Shown in pieces: positions 39,252-49,126 of a stretch of 64,000 nucleotides of DNA. The DNA comes from a bacterium. Its GTDB lineage: Archaea; Thermoplasmatota; E2; JACPAO01; JAHFTW01. Position 1 is the first letter of the stretch. The number at the start of each line of letters is the position of its first letter. Location: NCBI GenBank assembly GCA_040390065.1, contig JAZJZE010000001.1, positions 186,068 to 250,067 on the forward strand, written 5' to 3'. The notes beneath the pieces were generated by a model, which saw only the letters and a program-made list of their open reading frames with translations, ran no database searches and was not told the origin of the DNA. Made by a program: the position numbers and the translations under genes.

Positions 39252-39565
39252 CAGGCACCCCGGTAGTTGCGCGCGTTGTACTGCGAGACCTGGAAATACG
39301 CCAGGACGCCGCTGCCGACGCCGCAGGCGAGTACCAGGGGCCACGACCACGCCATGAATGCGTACGGGAACAGGCCGCAGGCGATGCCGACGAGGCCGCA
39401 ACCGGCCAGCAGGAGCTGCTGCGTCGTCGGGGGTCCGTCCGACGCCGGGGCGGGATTGGCGGGGACCTTGGCCGATTTCCGCAACTGGGCGTCCAGCCGC
39501 ATCAGGCATGCGATGCCGAGGACGCCGAGGACGACGGCGACGACCGTGAGGGGCATGTTGGTCAT
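39251..39565 (-). CDS. small membrane protein between the transketolase halves
   Basis: 104 aa, about 3 TM; start and stop overlap both neighbours. Confidence 0.65.
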   Translation of the reverse strand: MTNMPLTVVAVVLGVLGIACLMRLDAQLRKSAKVPANPAPASDGPPTTQQLLLAGCGLVGIACGLFPYAFMAWSWPLVLACGVGSGVLAYFQVSQYNARNYRGA

Positions 39566-40431
39566 GCCTTCGCCTCCGTCGGCGTCTCGCCCAGTTCGGC
39601 CAGCGCCTTCGCCATCTCTTCCTTCGTGAGAGCGCGACCGTGGAATTCCGGCTTGCCGATCATGAAGCTGACGCCGTGTCCTTTCTGCGTGTCCATGACG
39701 AGGCACTGCGGCTTGCCGACCACGTGCTCGGCGTCCTCGTAGGCGGCCAGGATGGACTTGAGGTCGTGGCCGTCGAGGGTGCGCGTCCAGAAGCCGAACG
39801 CCTTGAATTTCGCCTCGATGTCGGCGACGTCCTTCACGTCCTTCGTCCAGCCGTCGATCTGGATCTTGTTGGCGTCCACGATGACGCAGACGGTGTCGAG
39901 TTTCCGGTGGCTTGCCGTGAGGGCCGACTCCCAGATGTTGCCTTCCTGCAACTCGCCGTCGCCGAGGACGACGTAGACGCGCCCCTTGCGGCCGTCGATG
40001 CGCTTCGCCAGGGCGCAACCGTTGCCGTAGCCAAGACCCATGCCGAGACTTCCCGTGCTCATCTCGATGCCGGGAATCTTGCGGTCGGCGTGGCCTTGCA
40101 GCAGGCCGCCGAACTTGCGCAGCCGGGTGAACTCGGACTTCGGGAAGAAGCCCAAATCGCCAAGCACCGCGTAGAGGCCGGGCGCGCAGTGTCCCTTGCT
40201 GAGGATGAACAGGTCCCGGTCCGGGTCCTTCGGGTTCTGCGGGCTCACGTTCATCTTGTTGTAGTACAAGGCGACGAGCAACTCCGCCATCGAAAACGAG
40301 CCGCCGGGGTGCCCCGAGCCGGCACCAAACGTCATTTTCAGGACCTCCACCCGCAGGAGCCGAGCCTTCTCCGTCAACTCGGCGATGGACAAGGGCGTTC
40401 GGGCGACGCTGGCGGTGGTCGTCTCGGGCAC
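39562..40431 (-). CDS. transketolase, N-terminal subunit
   Basis: SGHPGGS, ILSKGH, STGSLGMG, TPP motif GDGELQEG...N; start codon (GTG) uncertain. Confidence 0.94.
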   Translation of the reverse strand: MPETTTASVARTPLSIAELTEKARLLRVEVLKMTFGAGSGHPGGSFSMAELLVALYYNKMNVSPQNPKDPDRDLFILSKGHCAPGLYAVLGDLGFFPKSEFTRLRKFGGLLQGHADRKIPGIEMSTGSLGMGLGYGNGCALAKRIDGRKGRVYVVLGDGELQEGNIWESALTASHRKLDTVCVIVDANKIQIDGWTKDVKDVADIEAKFKAFGFWTRTLDGHDLKSILAAYEDAEHVVGKPQCLVMDTQKGHGVSFMIGKPEFHGRALTKEEMAKALAELGETPTEAKA

Positions 40432-40534
40432 AATCGGGCGACCCCTGGCCGCCGGATAAGGATTGGGCGCGGGGCCTCCTGTGCGGCGGGACCATCCAGA
40501 ACGCTCTTGAGGCGGGGGGCCTCCACGCCATCCC

Positions 40535-41368
40535 ATGAAGATTCTGGCCGCCCTGGCCCTCCTCGTGGCCGTCACGTTCGCAGGCTGCTCGTCCACGAAG
40601 ACCGACGACACGCCGGCTTGCCCCGACATCCATGCCGTGACGAACTCGACGGTCTTTCCCGCGGGCTGCCCGATGCCCGTGGCGCCCAGCATCCACCTCG
40701 GCGCTTCGTCCTACACGGTGGCCGTCTTTGGCTCGCTGCCCATCACGTGGAGCATCGCCAACGGCACTCACAGCGGCGGCCACGCCATGATCGCAATCGC
40801 CAAGCTCAGCCACCACTCGGTCCCCACGGCCGAACTCGCAGGACCTGGCACATACGGCGTCAAGGACCTTGCCGGCGGCGAGGTCCACCAGAACCTGCCA
40901 CAGTCGTTCAACTACACGTCACCGGCCGGCGCCTTCACCAAGGACTTGATCGGCACGCGCTACATGCGCATCTACGCGCAGATCCGCGCCGACGACCTGC
41001 CGCTGCGCGACTACTGGAGCGACGAGGTCACGGTCACCGTGACGCCGGTCCAGCCGACGAACGTCGTGCGCACCATCATTCATGGCGCTGGTGGTTTCCA
41101 AGGAGGACTCACACCGCCGTCCCCCGTCTCCGCGAACCTCGGCGACACCCTCGTCTTCGAAAACGACGACGCCATGGCGCACACCTTCACGCTTGTCAGC
41201 CACCCAAGCTGCGCGCCCCTCGTCAACCCCGTTGCGCTCGCAGCCGGCGTGCCATCGCACACGAGCGGCCCGAGCCCCGGTATCTTCCTCGACTGTCCGG
41301 GAGACTACAAGTTCGACAGCGACGACCAGCCCACGAAGCTGTCGACGACGATCACCGTCAACCTGTGA
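40535..41368 (+). CDS. lipoprotein with a C-terminal cupredoxin-like domain
   Basis: FAGC lipobox; GDTLVFENDDAMAHTFT...PGDYKF. Confidence 0.7.
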   Translation: MKILAALALLVAVTFAGCSSTKTDDTPACPDIHAVTNSTVFPAGCPMPVAPSIHLGASSYTVAVFGSLPITWSIANGTHSGGHAMIAIAKLSHHSVPTAELAGPGTYGVKDLAGGEVHQNLPQSFNYTSPAGAFTKDLIGTRYMRIYAQIRADDLPLRDYWSDEVTVTVTPVQPTNVVRTIIHGAGGFQGGLTPPSPVSANLGDTLVFENDDAMAHTFTLVSHPSCAPLVNPVALAAGVPSHTSGPSPGIFLDCPGDYKFDSDDQPTKLSTTITVNL

Positions 41369-41404
41369 GTCAAAGGCTACAAGCCCGGGCCCCTTGACCG
41401 CATC

Positions 41405-42244
41405 GTGCACACGACCCTTGTGCCGTGCGAGGAAGCCATCCACCACCTCGACCACGCCGACTGGCTCTTCGTCGATTGCCGCTTCGAGCTTGCCGACCCG
41501 AACAAGGGAGTGCGCGAGTACGCCAAGGGCCACATCCCGGGTGCCTTCTACGCCGACCTCGGGCGCGACCTGTCGGGTCCCGTCGGCGACGGCCACAAAG
41601 GGCGACATCCCCTCCCGATGGTGGGTGCCTTCCAGCGCTGGGCCGGCCAGCAAGGCATCACGCCGACGACGCAGGTGGTCTGTTACGACGATGTCGCTGG
41701 CCAGTGGGCAAGCCGCCTGTGGTGGCTGCTGCGCTACTACGGCCACAAGAACGTCGCCGTCCTCGACGGCGGACTCACCCGCTGGAAGGCGATGGGCTTG
41801 CCCTTGCGAACGCAGCACGAGAAGGCGCGCAAGGCCACGACGTTTCTCGGCCAGCCAGGGCAAATGCTGACGGTCACGGCCGAAGAGATTGCGACCGGCT
41901 CCGTCGTCCTCGTCGACGCGCGGGCTCCGGAGCGCTTCCGTGGCGAGGTCGAACCCATCGACAAGCGCGCCGGCCACATCCCCGGTGCCCGCAGCGTGCC
42001 GTTTGCGGGCAACGTGGGGCCCGACATGCGCTTTCTCTCCGCCGAAAAACTTCGCGAGCGCTATGCGGGCATCGAGGGAAAAGTCGCATGCTACTGCGGC
42101 TCCGGCACGACGGCGACGCTCGACGTCTTGGCCTTGGAGGTCGCCGGGCTGCCGACGCCTGCACTCTATCCTGGCTCGTGGAGCGAGTGGAGTTACCCCG
42201 AGGCGGGGCGGCCGATCGAGACGGGTCCTGTGCCGCCCGCTTGA
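41405..42244 (+). CDS. sulfurtransferase (tandem rhodanese, SseA/MST-like)
   Basis: GHIPGA twice, VLDGG, active-site YCGSGTTA, LYPGSWSEW. Confidence 0.95.
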   Translation: MHTTLVPCEEAIHHLDHADWLFVDCRFELADPNKGVREYAKGHIPGAFYADLGRDLSGPVGDGHKGRHPLPMVGAFQRWAGQQGITPTTQVVCYDDVAGQWASRLWWLLRYYGHKNVAVLDGGLTRWKAMGLPLRTQHEKARKATTFLGQPGQMLTVTAEEIATGSVVLVDARAPERFRGEVEPIDKRAGHIPGARSVPFAGNVGPDMRFLSAEKLRERYAGIEGKVACYCGSGTTATLDVLALEVAGLPTPALYPGSWSEWSYPEAGRPIETGPVPPA

Positions 42245-42349
42245 GGCGCAAAGTCGTGGCCGGCGCCAACCGAGCAAGCCAACCACCGCTTCCGCCGAGA
42301 CCCCTTTGTTGGTGCTGGTGAGCTCTTGCACGTCCGGCAAGCCCACCGG

Positions 42350-42442
42350 CTGGGAGCAGATTCCGCCGATTCTGCCGTACCGGTTTGTTCAATCTGCGGG
42401 GCATCCAGGTGGACGACCAACTGGAAGGCATCTGCGGAATGC
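42350..42442 (+). repeat. dispersed palindromic element, copy 1
   Basis: 42389-42442 is the exact reverse complement of 51382-51435; weaker similarity extends to 42350. Confidence 0.9.
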
Positions 42443-42483
42443 CACACCAAAACCCTGAAGCGCGACACTTGGTGGCCCCGTCG

Positions 42484-43401
42484 ATGGCGAAGCACGCGGT
42501 CGCAACGGAGGCCACGGGCGGTCCGCGCGGCAAGTCGCCGCAGCACATCGTCAAGGTGGCCGTCGTGCAGACGCATGCCTCGGACGACGCCGCCGACAAC
42601 TTGGCGCGCACGCTCAAGCTCATCGATGCGGCGGCGAAGAAGGGCGCCAACATCGTGTGCACCCAGGAACTTTTCCTGACGCCGTACTTCTGCCAGGAGG
42701 AGGACCAGGCCAACTTCGACCTCGCCGAGGCGATTCCTGGTCCGACCACGAAGGCCCTGGCGGCGAAGGCGAAGCAGCACGGCATCGTCATCGTCGGCAG
42801 CCTGTTCGAGAAGCGGGCCCGTGGCTTGTACCACAACACGGCCGTCGTCCTCGACGCGGATGGGGCCCTTCTCGGCAAGTACCGGAAAATGCACATCCCC
42901 GACGACCCGCGCTTCTACGAGAAATTCTACTTCGCGCCCGGCGACCTCGGCGTGCAGGTCTTCGACACAAGGTTTGGCAAGATCGCCCCACTCATCTGCT
43001 GGGACCAGTGGTACCCCGAGGCTGCGCGGCTTGCGGCCCTCAAGGGCGCCGAGATCCTGCTCTACCCGACGGCAATTGGAACCTGGGTGGGCGAAATGGA
43101 ATACAAGCCGAGCCAGCACGACGCGTGGCACACAATCCAGCGCAGTCATGCCGTCGCAAACGGCTGCTTCGTCGTCGCGGCAAACCGCATCGGCAAGGAA
43201 GGCGAACTGCAGTTCTGGGGCCACTCCTTCGTGGCGCGCCCGATGGGCATCGTGGCCGCCGAAGCCGGCGAGAAGGAGGAAGTCCTCGTCGTCGCCTGCG
43301 ACCTCGGCGAGATCGAGAGCGCGCGTCGTGGCTGGCCGTTCCTTCGCGACCGCCGCGTCGACGCGTACGAGAACCTCCTCAAACGCTACGTCGACGCGTG
43401 A
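42484..43401 (+). CDS. aguB: carbon-nitrogen hydrolase, probable N-carbamoylputrescine amidase
   Basis: QELF, YRKMHIPDDP..YEKFYF, ICWDQWYPE; agmatine deiminase nearby. Confidence 0.88.
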   Translation: MAKHAVATEATGGPRGKSPQHIVKVAVVQTHASDDAADNLARTLKLIDAAAKKGANIVCTQELFLTPYFCQEEDQANFDLAEAIPGPTTKALAAKAKQHGIVIVGSLFEKRARGLYHNTAVVLDADGALLGKYRKMHIPDDPRFYEKFYFAPGDLGVQVFDTRFGKIAPLICWDQWYPEAARLAALKGAEILLYPTAIGTWVGEMEYKPSQHDAWHTIQRSHAVANGCFVVAANRIGKEGELQFWGHSFVARPMGIVAAEAGEKEEVLVVACDLGEIESARRGWPFLRDRRVDAYENLLKRYVDA

Positions 43402-44150
43402 AACTCCGGCGGCCGCATGCGCCGGCCCAGGATGATGGTGATGATGGCGAGGCCGCCGATGCCTGCGGGCCACATCCACCAACGTGATTCGCTCCATGAC
43501 AAGGGTGCAGGATTGGGGCCCAGCGAGGTCCCGACCGAGGCGCCCGGAGGGGGCAACGGCGTACCATCTGTGTTCTGGTAGAAGTGGTCGCCCACCAGCT
43601 CGTCGAAAGTGCAGCCAGCAGGACAACCCATGGACCCCGAATCTGTCTCCACCATCCCCTCGATGGAGTACGCAGTCGGTACGAAGTAGTCGCCGCGGTG
43701 CGCGTGCAGGAGGGTGGCCGGGACGATGACGGTGACGCTGGAACCCGACACGTCGCCCGTGACCGGCGTGAGGCTCGTCCCATCGTAGACCGTGAAGGAC
43801 CAGCCGCGCTCCGGACCGCCGTATCGGGCGCCGGGTTCCATCTTTGTCAAGTTCTCCGAATCGTACCTGGCGACCAGAAGAATTCCCTGGCCCGCCGCCG
43901 GCAGAGCGCCCAGGTCGGCCACCGTGAAGGTAAAGCGGACGGTGTCTGGGGCATCAGTCACTTGCAGGTCCACGAGGTCGGCTGCCGAGAACGGCAGCAT
44001 GGCGGGCGCTGCGCTGGGCGGGGTCGGGCCGAGCGACCAAGCCGCGTCTCCCCGCGGATCGGAGAAGGAATCCTGGCCTGCGTCGGCCAGCGGCGCCAAG
44101 ACCACGAGGAAAAATCCCGCGACGAGCGCGGATCCGACGGCCACGGGCAA
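43386..44150 (-). CDS. secreted protein with a C-terminal membrane anchor
   Basis: Signal-like N-terminus, DPRGD motif, beta-rich body, C-terminal TM followed by RR; start uncertain. Confidence 0.6.
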   Translation of the reverse strand: MPVAVGSALVAGFFLVVLAPLADAGQDSFSDPRGDAAWSLGPTPPSAAPAMLPFSAADLVDLQVTDAPDTVRFTFTVADLGALPAAGQGILLVARYDSENLTKMEPGARYGGPERGWSFTVYDGTSLTPVTGDVSGSSVTVIVPATLLHAHRGDYFVPTAYSIEGMVETDSGSMGCPAGCTFDELVGDHFYQNTDGTPLPPPGASVGTSLGPNPAPLSWSESRWWMWPAGIGGLAIITIILGRRMRPPEFHAST

Positions 44151-44244
44151 GCAAGACCGGATGGCCCCAATCAAGCTTGTCGTGGCACGGGTGGACAGAC
44201 GGGGGACCACAACCGCTAAACCGGCGCTTGGCTGAGTCGGCCGC

Positions 44245-45639
44245 ATGCGAAGCCTCGCCATCCTGTCCACGGCCTTGTTCGTGGGCGCCATCCTTGCCGG
44301 TTGTTCCGGCAGCACACCGGCCCCGACCACGACCACGCAGCCGCCGGTCCAACGGGGCATCCCGGCAATGACCTTCGCAAAGCCGGTCACGGTCGACGGG
44401 GCGCGCATCGCGAGCGAGCCTTCCATCAAGGTCGCCAAGGACGGCACCATCTTCGTCACGGCGCCCACGGGGACCGTCAAGTACGCGACCCGGCCCTTCG
44501 ACTTGCCCGTCATGGCCGGCAAGGGCGCATTCCAGAGCGCAATCTGGTCGAGCCGCGACAACGGCACGACTTGGGCCTTCGCCGACACCCTCGGCGTCTT
44601 GCCGTACCACAGCGCGCTTCCGGGCGGCGGCGACGCAGACCTCGCCATCGACGCGGCGGGCACCATCTTCATGGCCGACCAGGAAGGCTTGGCCAACGAG
44701 GCCGTCTCCACGAGCCACGACAACGGCGCCACGTGGGAAGCCGCGGGTCCGCTTGGCTCGGGCGTGCCGGACACGGACCGCATGTGGCTCTGGCCTGACC
44801 CGACGACGCCGGGCACCGTCTACATGAACTACGATATGAACGGCCGCCAGATCAACGTCGCCAAGACCACGGACGACGGCAAGACGTGGACCGCAGTGTT
44901 CACGCCCGCCGCCTCGACGGCGCCCGGCCCCATCGTCGCCACCAACCAGACCGTCGCCTTCAGCTACAACAACGGCGCGGCCCTCGAGTTCGTCCACAGC
45001 GAGGACAAGGGCCTCACCTGGAAGCAGGATGACCTCAAGGACAACGGCACGGCCATCCAGTCCGGCGCCATCGACCTGTTCCCGCAGACCTTCGCCGACA
45101 CCAAGGGCACGCTGTACATCGCGTGGCTCGAGGCGGGCACGACGGCCAACGGCACGAAGGGCAACGCCGTGGCGTACATCTTCAGCCACGACGCCGGCAA
45201 GACGTGGAGCCCGAAGACGGTGGCCTTCACGCTCCCGGGCGCCGCCATCTTCCTGTGGGGAACTGCGGGCTCGAGCGGCCGCATCGGCTTCTCCTGGTAC
45301 GAAGCCCCCAAGCCTGCAGGCGCCTACTACATCCACGCGGGCATCGTCATCGACGCCGACACGGACGAGCCGATGATGGTCGACGCGCGCGTGCAGACCA
45401 TGCCGGCCCGCCCGGACCCGCCGTGCACGAACGGAGTGGGCTGCACCTCCGGCCGCGAACTCGGCGACTTCCAGCAATGCGCCATCACGCCCGACGGTAC
45501 GCTCGTCGTGTCCTACGTCGTCGTCTCCGGCTTGAACGAGGCCGGCCAACCCAACGGCGGCCACATCACGTTCGCGCGCCTGGCAGAAGGCCCGAAACTG
45601 CTTGACGGGACGGACACGTTCACGCCGTGGCGCGTCTGA
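44245..45639 (+). CDS. BNR/Asp-box (sialidase-like beta-propeller) lipoprotein
   Basis: LAGC; repeats SRDNGTTW, SHDNGATW, TDDGKTW, SEDKGLTW, SHDAGKTW. Confidence 0.88.
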   Translation: MRSLAILSTALFVGAILAGCSGSTPAPTTTTQPPVQRGIPAMTFAKPVTVDGARIASEPSIKVAKDGTIFVTAPTGTVKYATRPFDLPVMAGKGAFQSAIWSSRDNGTTWAFADTLGVLPYHSALPGGGDADLAIDAAGTIFMADQEGLANEAVSTSHDNGATWEAAGPLGSGVPDTDRMWLWPDPTTPGTVYMNYDMNGRQINVAKTTDDGKTWTAVFTPAASTAPGPIVATNQTVAFSYNNGAALEFVHSEDKGLTWKQDDLKDNGTAIQSGAIDLFPQTFADTKGTLYIAWLEAGTTANGTKGNAVAYIFSHDAGKTWSPKTVAFTLPGAAIFLWGTAGSSGRIGFSWYEAPKPAGAYYIHAGIVIDADTDEPMMVDARVQTMPARPDPPCTNGVGCTSGRELGDFQQCAITPDGTLVVSYVVVSGLNEAGQPNGGHITFARLAEGPKLLDGTDTFTPWRV

Positions 45640-45886
45640 TTGGGGCATCGCAGCGCTAGGGCCCAATCCAACGATGGTTTGGTCGGGTTGTGACCCTCCA
45701 ACGTGCGGGGTCATTCTCGACTGTCTGAATACGCGGGCGGGCAAGTCATACTCGGTTGGCGCCCGGTGGAGAGGAAGCACTTTAAGCGGGGGATCGGGTG
45801 TCCAAGTTGATGGCTTCGAAGGCGAGTCGTGCCGACTGTGCGGCGGGGCGTCAATACGCCTGCGGCATTCCAGCCACTGATCCCCC

Positions 45887-47191
45887 ATGCCCTTCCTGAG
45901 CAAACGTTCGCGGGTTTGGGCCGTATTCCTTTCGGCGGCATCGTTCGGCGCAATTCTTTCAGGGTGTGCGGCGCCAACGCTTGAAACTGGGGGGTGCCAG
46001 ACCGGGTCGTCATCGGCGGCGAATCTGCCTGCCTTCAGCGACGTTTCCTACTTGGTATCGGGATCCTACCTCGACGACGCCCTGCTTGACTTCTCGCTGC
46101 ATTATTCTGGCGGTGGGCATCGAATCGATGTCACGGCGGGCGGCGTCGGAGTGGCATCGTTAAGCATGGATGAGGGGAGTGGCCTGCCCGCCACCTTGCA
46201 GGCACAAATGCTCCTGGAGCGCGATGGGCATTGGATTCCGGACCCCAGTCGGACCCTTATCATCACGCCAAGCTACGGAAACCCAGTCCTGGGGACCATC
46301 TACCTGGACCTTTTGCTGCTTCCGTACAACCCCCTACCGCCCCCGTCGTGGTTGTACAACACTGGATTGCAGGCCAGTTTTGGGTTCGATGGCCGGGTGT
46401 GGACGAACGCCACATCCGTGCTTCTGCATGCCAATCCGTACGCCGACCGTTTCGGTGTCAACGTCACCGAGTCATGGTCCCTCGACGACCCCGTTTTCCC
46501 GGCCACACACCGCATCCAATCGAGGGTAGCCGAAGGCCTCCAGTGGAGCATCGTCCTGCAGCGGCTTACACCGGCGTCGTCGTTGCCGCACTGGCCGGTG
46601 TTCTGCGCAGCGGCGCCGCTTGAGCTGCCAAAGGGGGAACGCTTTGCTTGGACGGGGGTGCCTCCCCTTGGCGATGGTGAAGTGGGTCGGGAGTTTGATT
46701 CGTTCCGCCAGGCGATTGAACACGACAATCAAGACCTTAATTTCGAGGCCGGGACCGCGCTTTGGGGAACTGGCAGCATCTGGAGGATCGACTCCAATCC
46801 CATTCCTAATTCTCCGATCCCTTGGTACTTCGGCTACGTCCGTGTCGAGATTCCGAAGGGTGGTTCGGCCGGCGTGATTGGGGAACACCGGGCGGTCGCC
46901 GGAGTCGCCACCCCGTGGCAGACGACGCGGGACAACCATCCGAGCGGCCTGCAACTCCCGGTGCATGGGCCGTTGCCGGAACTCTTCACGCTCACGGATC
47001 TTTTCCAACGTTGGAATGTCTCGTTGACGGACGACTATGTCTTACTCGTCAACTACGACTTCCTCACATCTGAACCCGCGGTTGGGGTGGTGCTCGGTTT
47101 TGCGGGCCCATGCGAGGGCGGCACGGCCGTTTCCAACTATGTATCCGCTTGGACCGGCGAGGTCCTGTACCGCGAACCGTACCCGTGTTGA
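45887..47191 (+). CDS. putative lipoprotein, unknown function
   Basis: LSGC lipobox-like motif; 434-aa ORF with atypical, more AT-rich codon use. Confidence 0.6.
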   Translation: MPFLSKRSRVWAVFLSAASFGAILSGCAAPTLETGGCQTGSSSAANLPAFSDVSYLVSGSYLDDALLDFSLHYSGGGHRIDVTAGGVGVASLSMDEGSGLPATLQAQMLLERDGHWIPDPSRTLIITPSYGNPVLGTIYLDLLLLPYNPLPPPSWLYNTGLQASFGFDGRVWTNATSVLLHANPYADRFGVNVTESWSLDDPVFPATHRIQSRVAEGLQWSIVLQRLTPASSLPHWPVFCAAAPLELPKGERFAWTGVPPLGDGEVGREFDSFRQAIEHDNQDLNFEAGTALWGTGSIWRIDSNPIPNSPIPWYFGYVRVEIPKGGSAGVIGEHRAVAGVATPWQTTRDNHPSGLQLPVHGPLPELFTLTDLFQRWNVSLTDDYVLLVNYDFLTSEPAVGVVLGFAGPCEGGTAVSNYVSAWTGEVLYREPYPC

Positions 47192-47334
47192 GGCCAGGCG
47201 CATGGTACTGTGAAAGCGATGCTTTCACCTGATGCGACGCGCTCAAGGTTCGCGCCTCCCGGGATTGGTCCGAAGGCGCAACGTGCATCCGAAGGCCACT
47301 GTTGCGTTGATGGCTGGGCACGCATCGCCGTCGC

Positions 47335-47673
47335 TTACTTCGCCGGCAGCGTGGCCACGAACTTGCGTGACCTCTCAATCCATTCGCGCAACTGGTCGTC
47401 GTCCGCGATGACCTCGGCGTCGACGAGGACCCAGCCCTTCATGGCTTTCCCGCGTTGCTCGAACGGTTTCACGCCTTCCTCCTTGAGGATGGAGGCCGTC
47501 TTTTCCGGGGCGCAGCGGATGATGATGCACGGGTCCGGCATTCCAGCTTCGCTCATCACGGCCGTGACGAGGTTGCCGCGTTCCATCCAGCCGACGCCGC
47601 CGAACATCTTCTTCTCCTTGGCTTTGGGGAGAACGTCGCGGATGCGTTCGGCGAGACCCTCGTCGTAGGCCAT
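47335..47673 (-). CDS. TfoX N-terminal-domain protein
   Basis: MAYDEGLAERIR...EKKMFGG...MKGWVLV...LPAK. Confidence 0.9.
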   Translation of the reverse strand: MAYDEGLAERIRDVLPKAKEKKMFGGVGWMERGNLVTAVMSEAGMPDPCIIIRCAPEKTASILKEEGVKPFEQRGKAMKGWVLVDAEVIADDDQLREWIERSRKFVATLPAK

Positions 47674-47750
47674 GCACGGGCATGCGGGTGGCCTCCCTGA
47701 ACGTTTCGCACAATTGCAGCGGTGGACCGAGCGCGTCAGCGCGAGGCCGC

Positions 47751-47815
47751 GGGGGGTCTCGGGGGCAGCAGGCCCCCGCGCGGGGGGACAGGGGCGGGGG
47801 GCAGAGCCCCCCGCC
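47751..47815. repeat. REP-like GC hairpins
   Basis: GGGGGTCT-CGGGGGC-agcag-GCCCCCG and CGGGGGGC-aga-GCCCCCCG; same pattern as 7601-7628 in reverse. Confidence 0.6.
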
Positions 47816-47899
47816 GCGCGGCCGCAGGTCGCGCAGCGGATCGACCGAGCTTTCGGTCGAAGGCGAACCCTTCAAGTCGCGCCTTTCCATCGTCGCCAC

Positions 47900-49057
47900 G
47901 TGAAGGCCGCCCTGCGCATCGCCCTTCGTGGTCCTGTCCCGACGCCCAAAGAGCAGGGCTACCACATGCCCGCCGAGTGGGAGCCGCAGGATTCCGTCTG
48001 GCTCGTCTGGCCGCGCGACCCGCTCACGTGGCCCGACCGCATCGACGCGGCCCGCAACACGTTCCTCTCCGCGATGAAGGTCATCACGCCGCGGCAACGC
48101 GTCGACCTGGTCGTGCACCACGAACTCATCGCCGAGTGCCGCAAGACGGTCACGGGCGCCGGCATCAAGAACGTCTACTTCCACGGCGTCGACCACCAGG
48201 ATTCCTGGATCCGCGACTATGGGCCGCTCTACTTGGTGAAGGGGCCGCCGGAGAAACGTGAGCGACTGGCCGTGCGCTTCCAATTCAACGCCTGGGGGAA
48301 CAAGTACAAGTCGCTGCTGAAGGACCGCAAAGTCATCGGCCAACTCGAAGGCGCGCTGCGTGCCCCCCTTGCGTCGGTCGACATCGTGCTGGAGGGCGGC
48401 TCCGTCGACGTCGACGGCCAGGGCACCGTGCTCACGACCAAGCAGTGCCTGCTCAACAAGAACCGCAACCCAGACATGGCCCAAGGCGAGATCGAGCGCC
48501 ACCTCGAAGAGTATCTGGGTATTCAGAAAGTGCTCTGGCTCGGGGATGGCATCGAGGGCGACGACACGGACGGCCACGTCGACGACGTCGCCCGCTTCGT
48601 CGGCCCGACCCTTGTTGCGGCCTGCGTGGAGGAGGACGAGAACCACCCCAACCACGAGCCGCTGGACACCAACCTGCAGATCCTGCGCAACGCGACGGAC
48701 GCCCACAACCGCCCCATCCGCGTCGTCGAGTTGCCGATGCCGAAGGACGTGATGGGAGACGAAGGCAAGCCGTTGCCCGCAAGCCACGCAAATTTCCTCA
48801 TCACGAACGCCGCCGTGTTGATGCCGACGTTCGGCGGGGCCTCCGACGAGGTGGCGCGGCGCCGGCTGCAGCAGTGCTTCAAGGACCGCCCTGTCGTCGG
48901 CCTTGACTGCCGCGACTTGGTCTGGGGAATGGGCACCATCCACTGCCTGAGCCAACAGGTCCCGGCGGCAGCCGTTGCCGATGCGTCCGCCCTGGAGCAG
49001 TTCGTCTCCGGCGTCAAGGTCGACGGCATGCGGACCGACCGCCTGGCGCGCGACTGA
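47900..49057 (+). CDS. aguA: agmatine deiminase
   Basis: MPAEWE, WIRDYGP, EGGS, DTDGHVD, GTIHCLSQQ; start uncertain. Confidence 0.93.
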   Translation: MKAALRIALRGPVPTPKEQGYHMPAEWEPQDSVWLVWPRDPLTWPDRIDAARNTFLSAMKVITPRQRVDLVVHHELIAECRKTVTGAGIKNVYFHGVDHQDSWIRDYGPLYLVKGPPEKRERLAVRFQFNAWGNKYKSLLKDRKVIGQLEGALRAPLASVDIVLEGGSVDVDGQGTVLTTKQCLLNKNRNPDMAQGEIERHLEEYLGIQKVLWLGDGIEGDDTDGHVDDVARFVGPTLVAACVEEDENHPNHEPLDTNLQILRNATDAHNRPIRVVELPMPKDVMGDEGKPLPASHANFLITNAAVLMPTFGGASDEVARRRLQQCFKDRPVVGLDCRDLVWGMGTIHCLSQQVPAAAVADASALEQFVSGVKVDGMRTDRLARD

Positions 49058-49126
49058 AAAGGCCCATGATTGGGCCGATAAAGCTTGCCCAGCACCCACT
49101 TAACCTGCCCAGGCGGACGTGCAGGC

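Noticed and set aside
42385-42483. N-terminal extension of AguB (MFNLRGIQVDDQLEGICGM)
   Set aside because: It is a translation of the dispersed DNA repeat; the same peptide appears in an antisense ORF near 51400.
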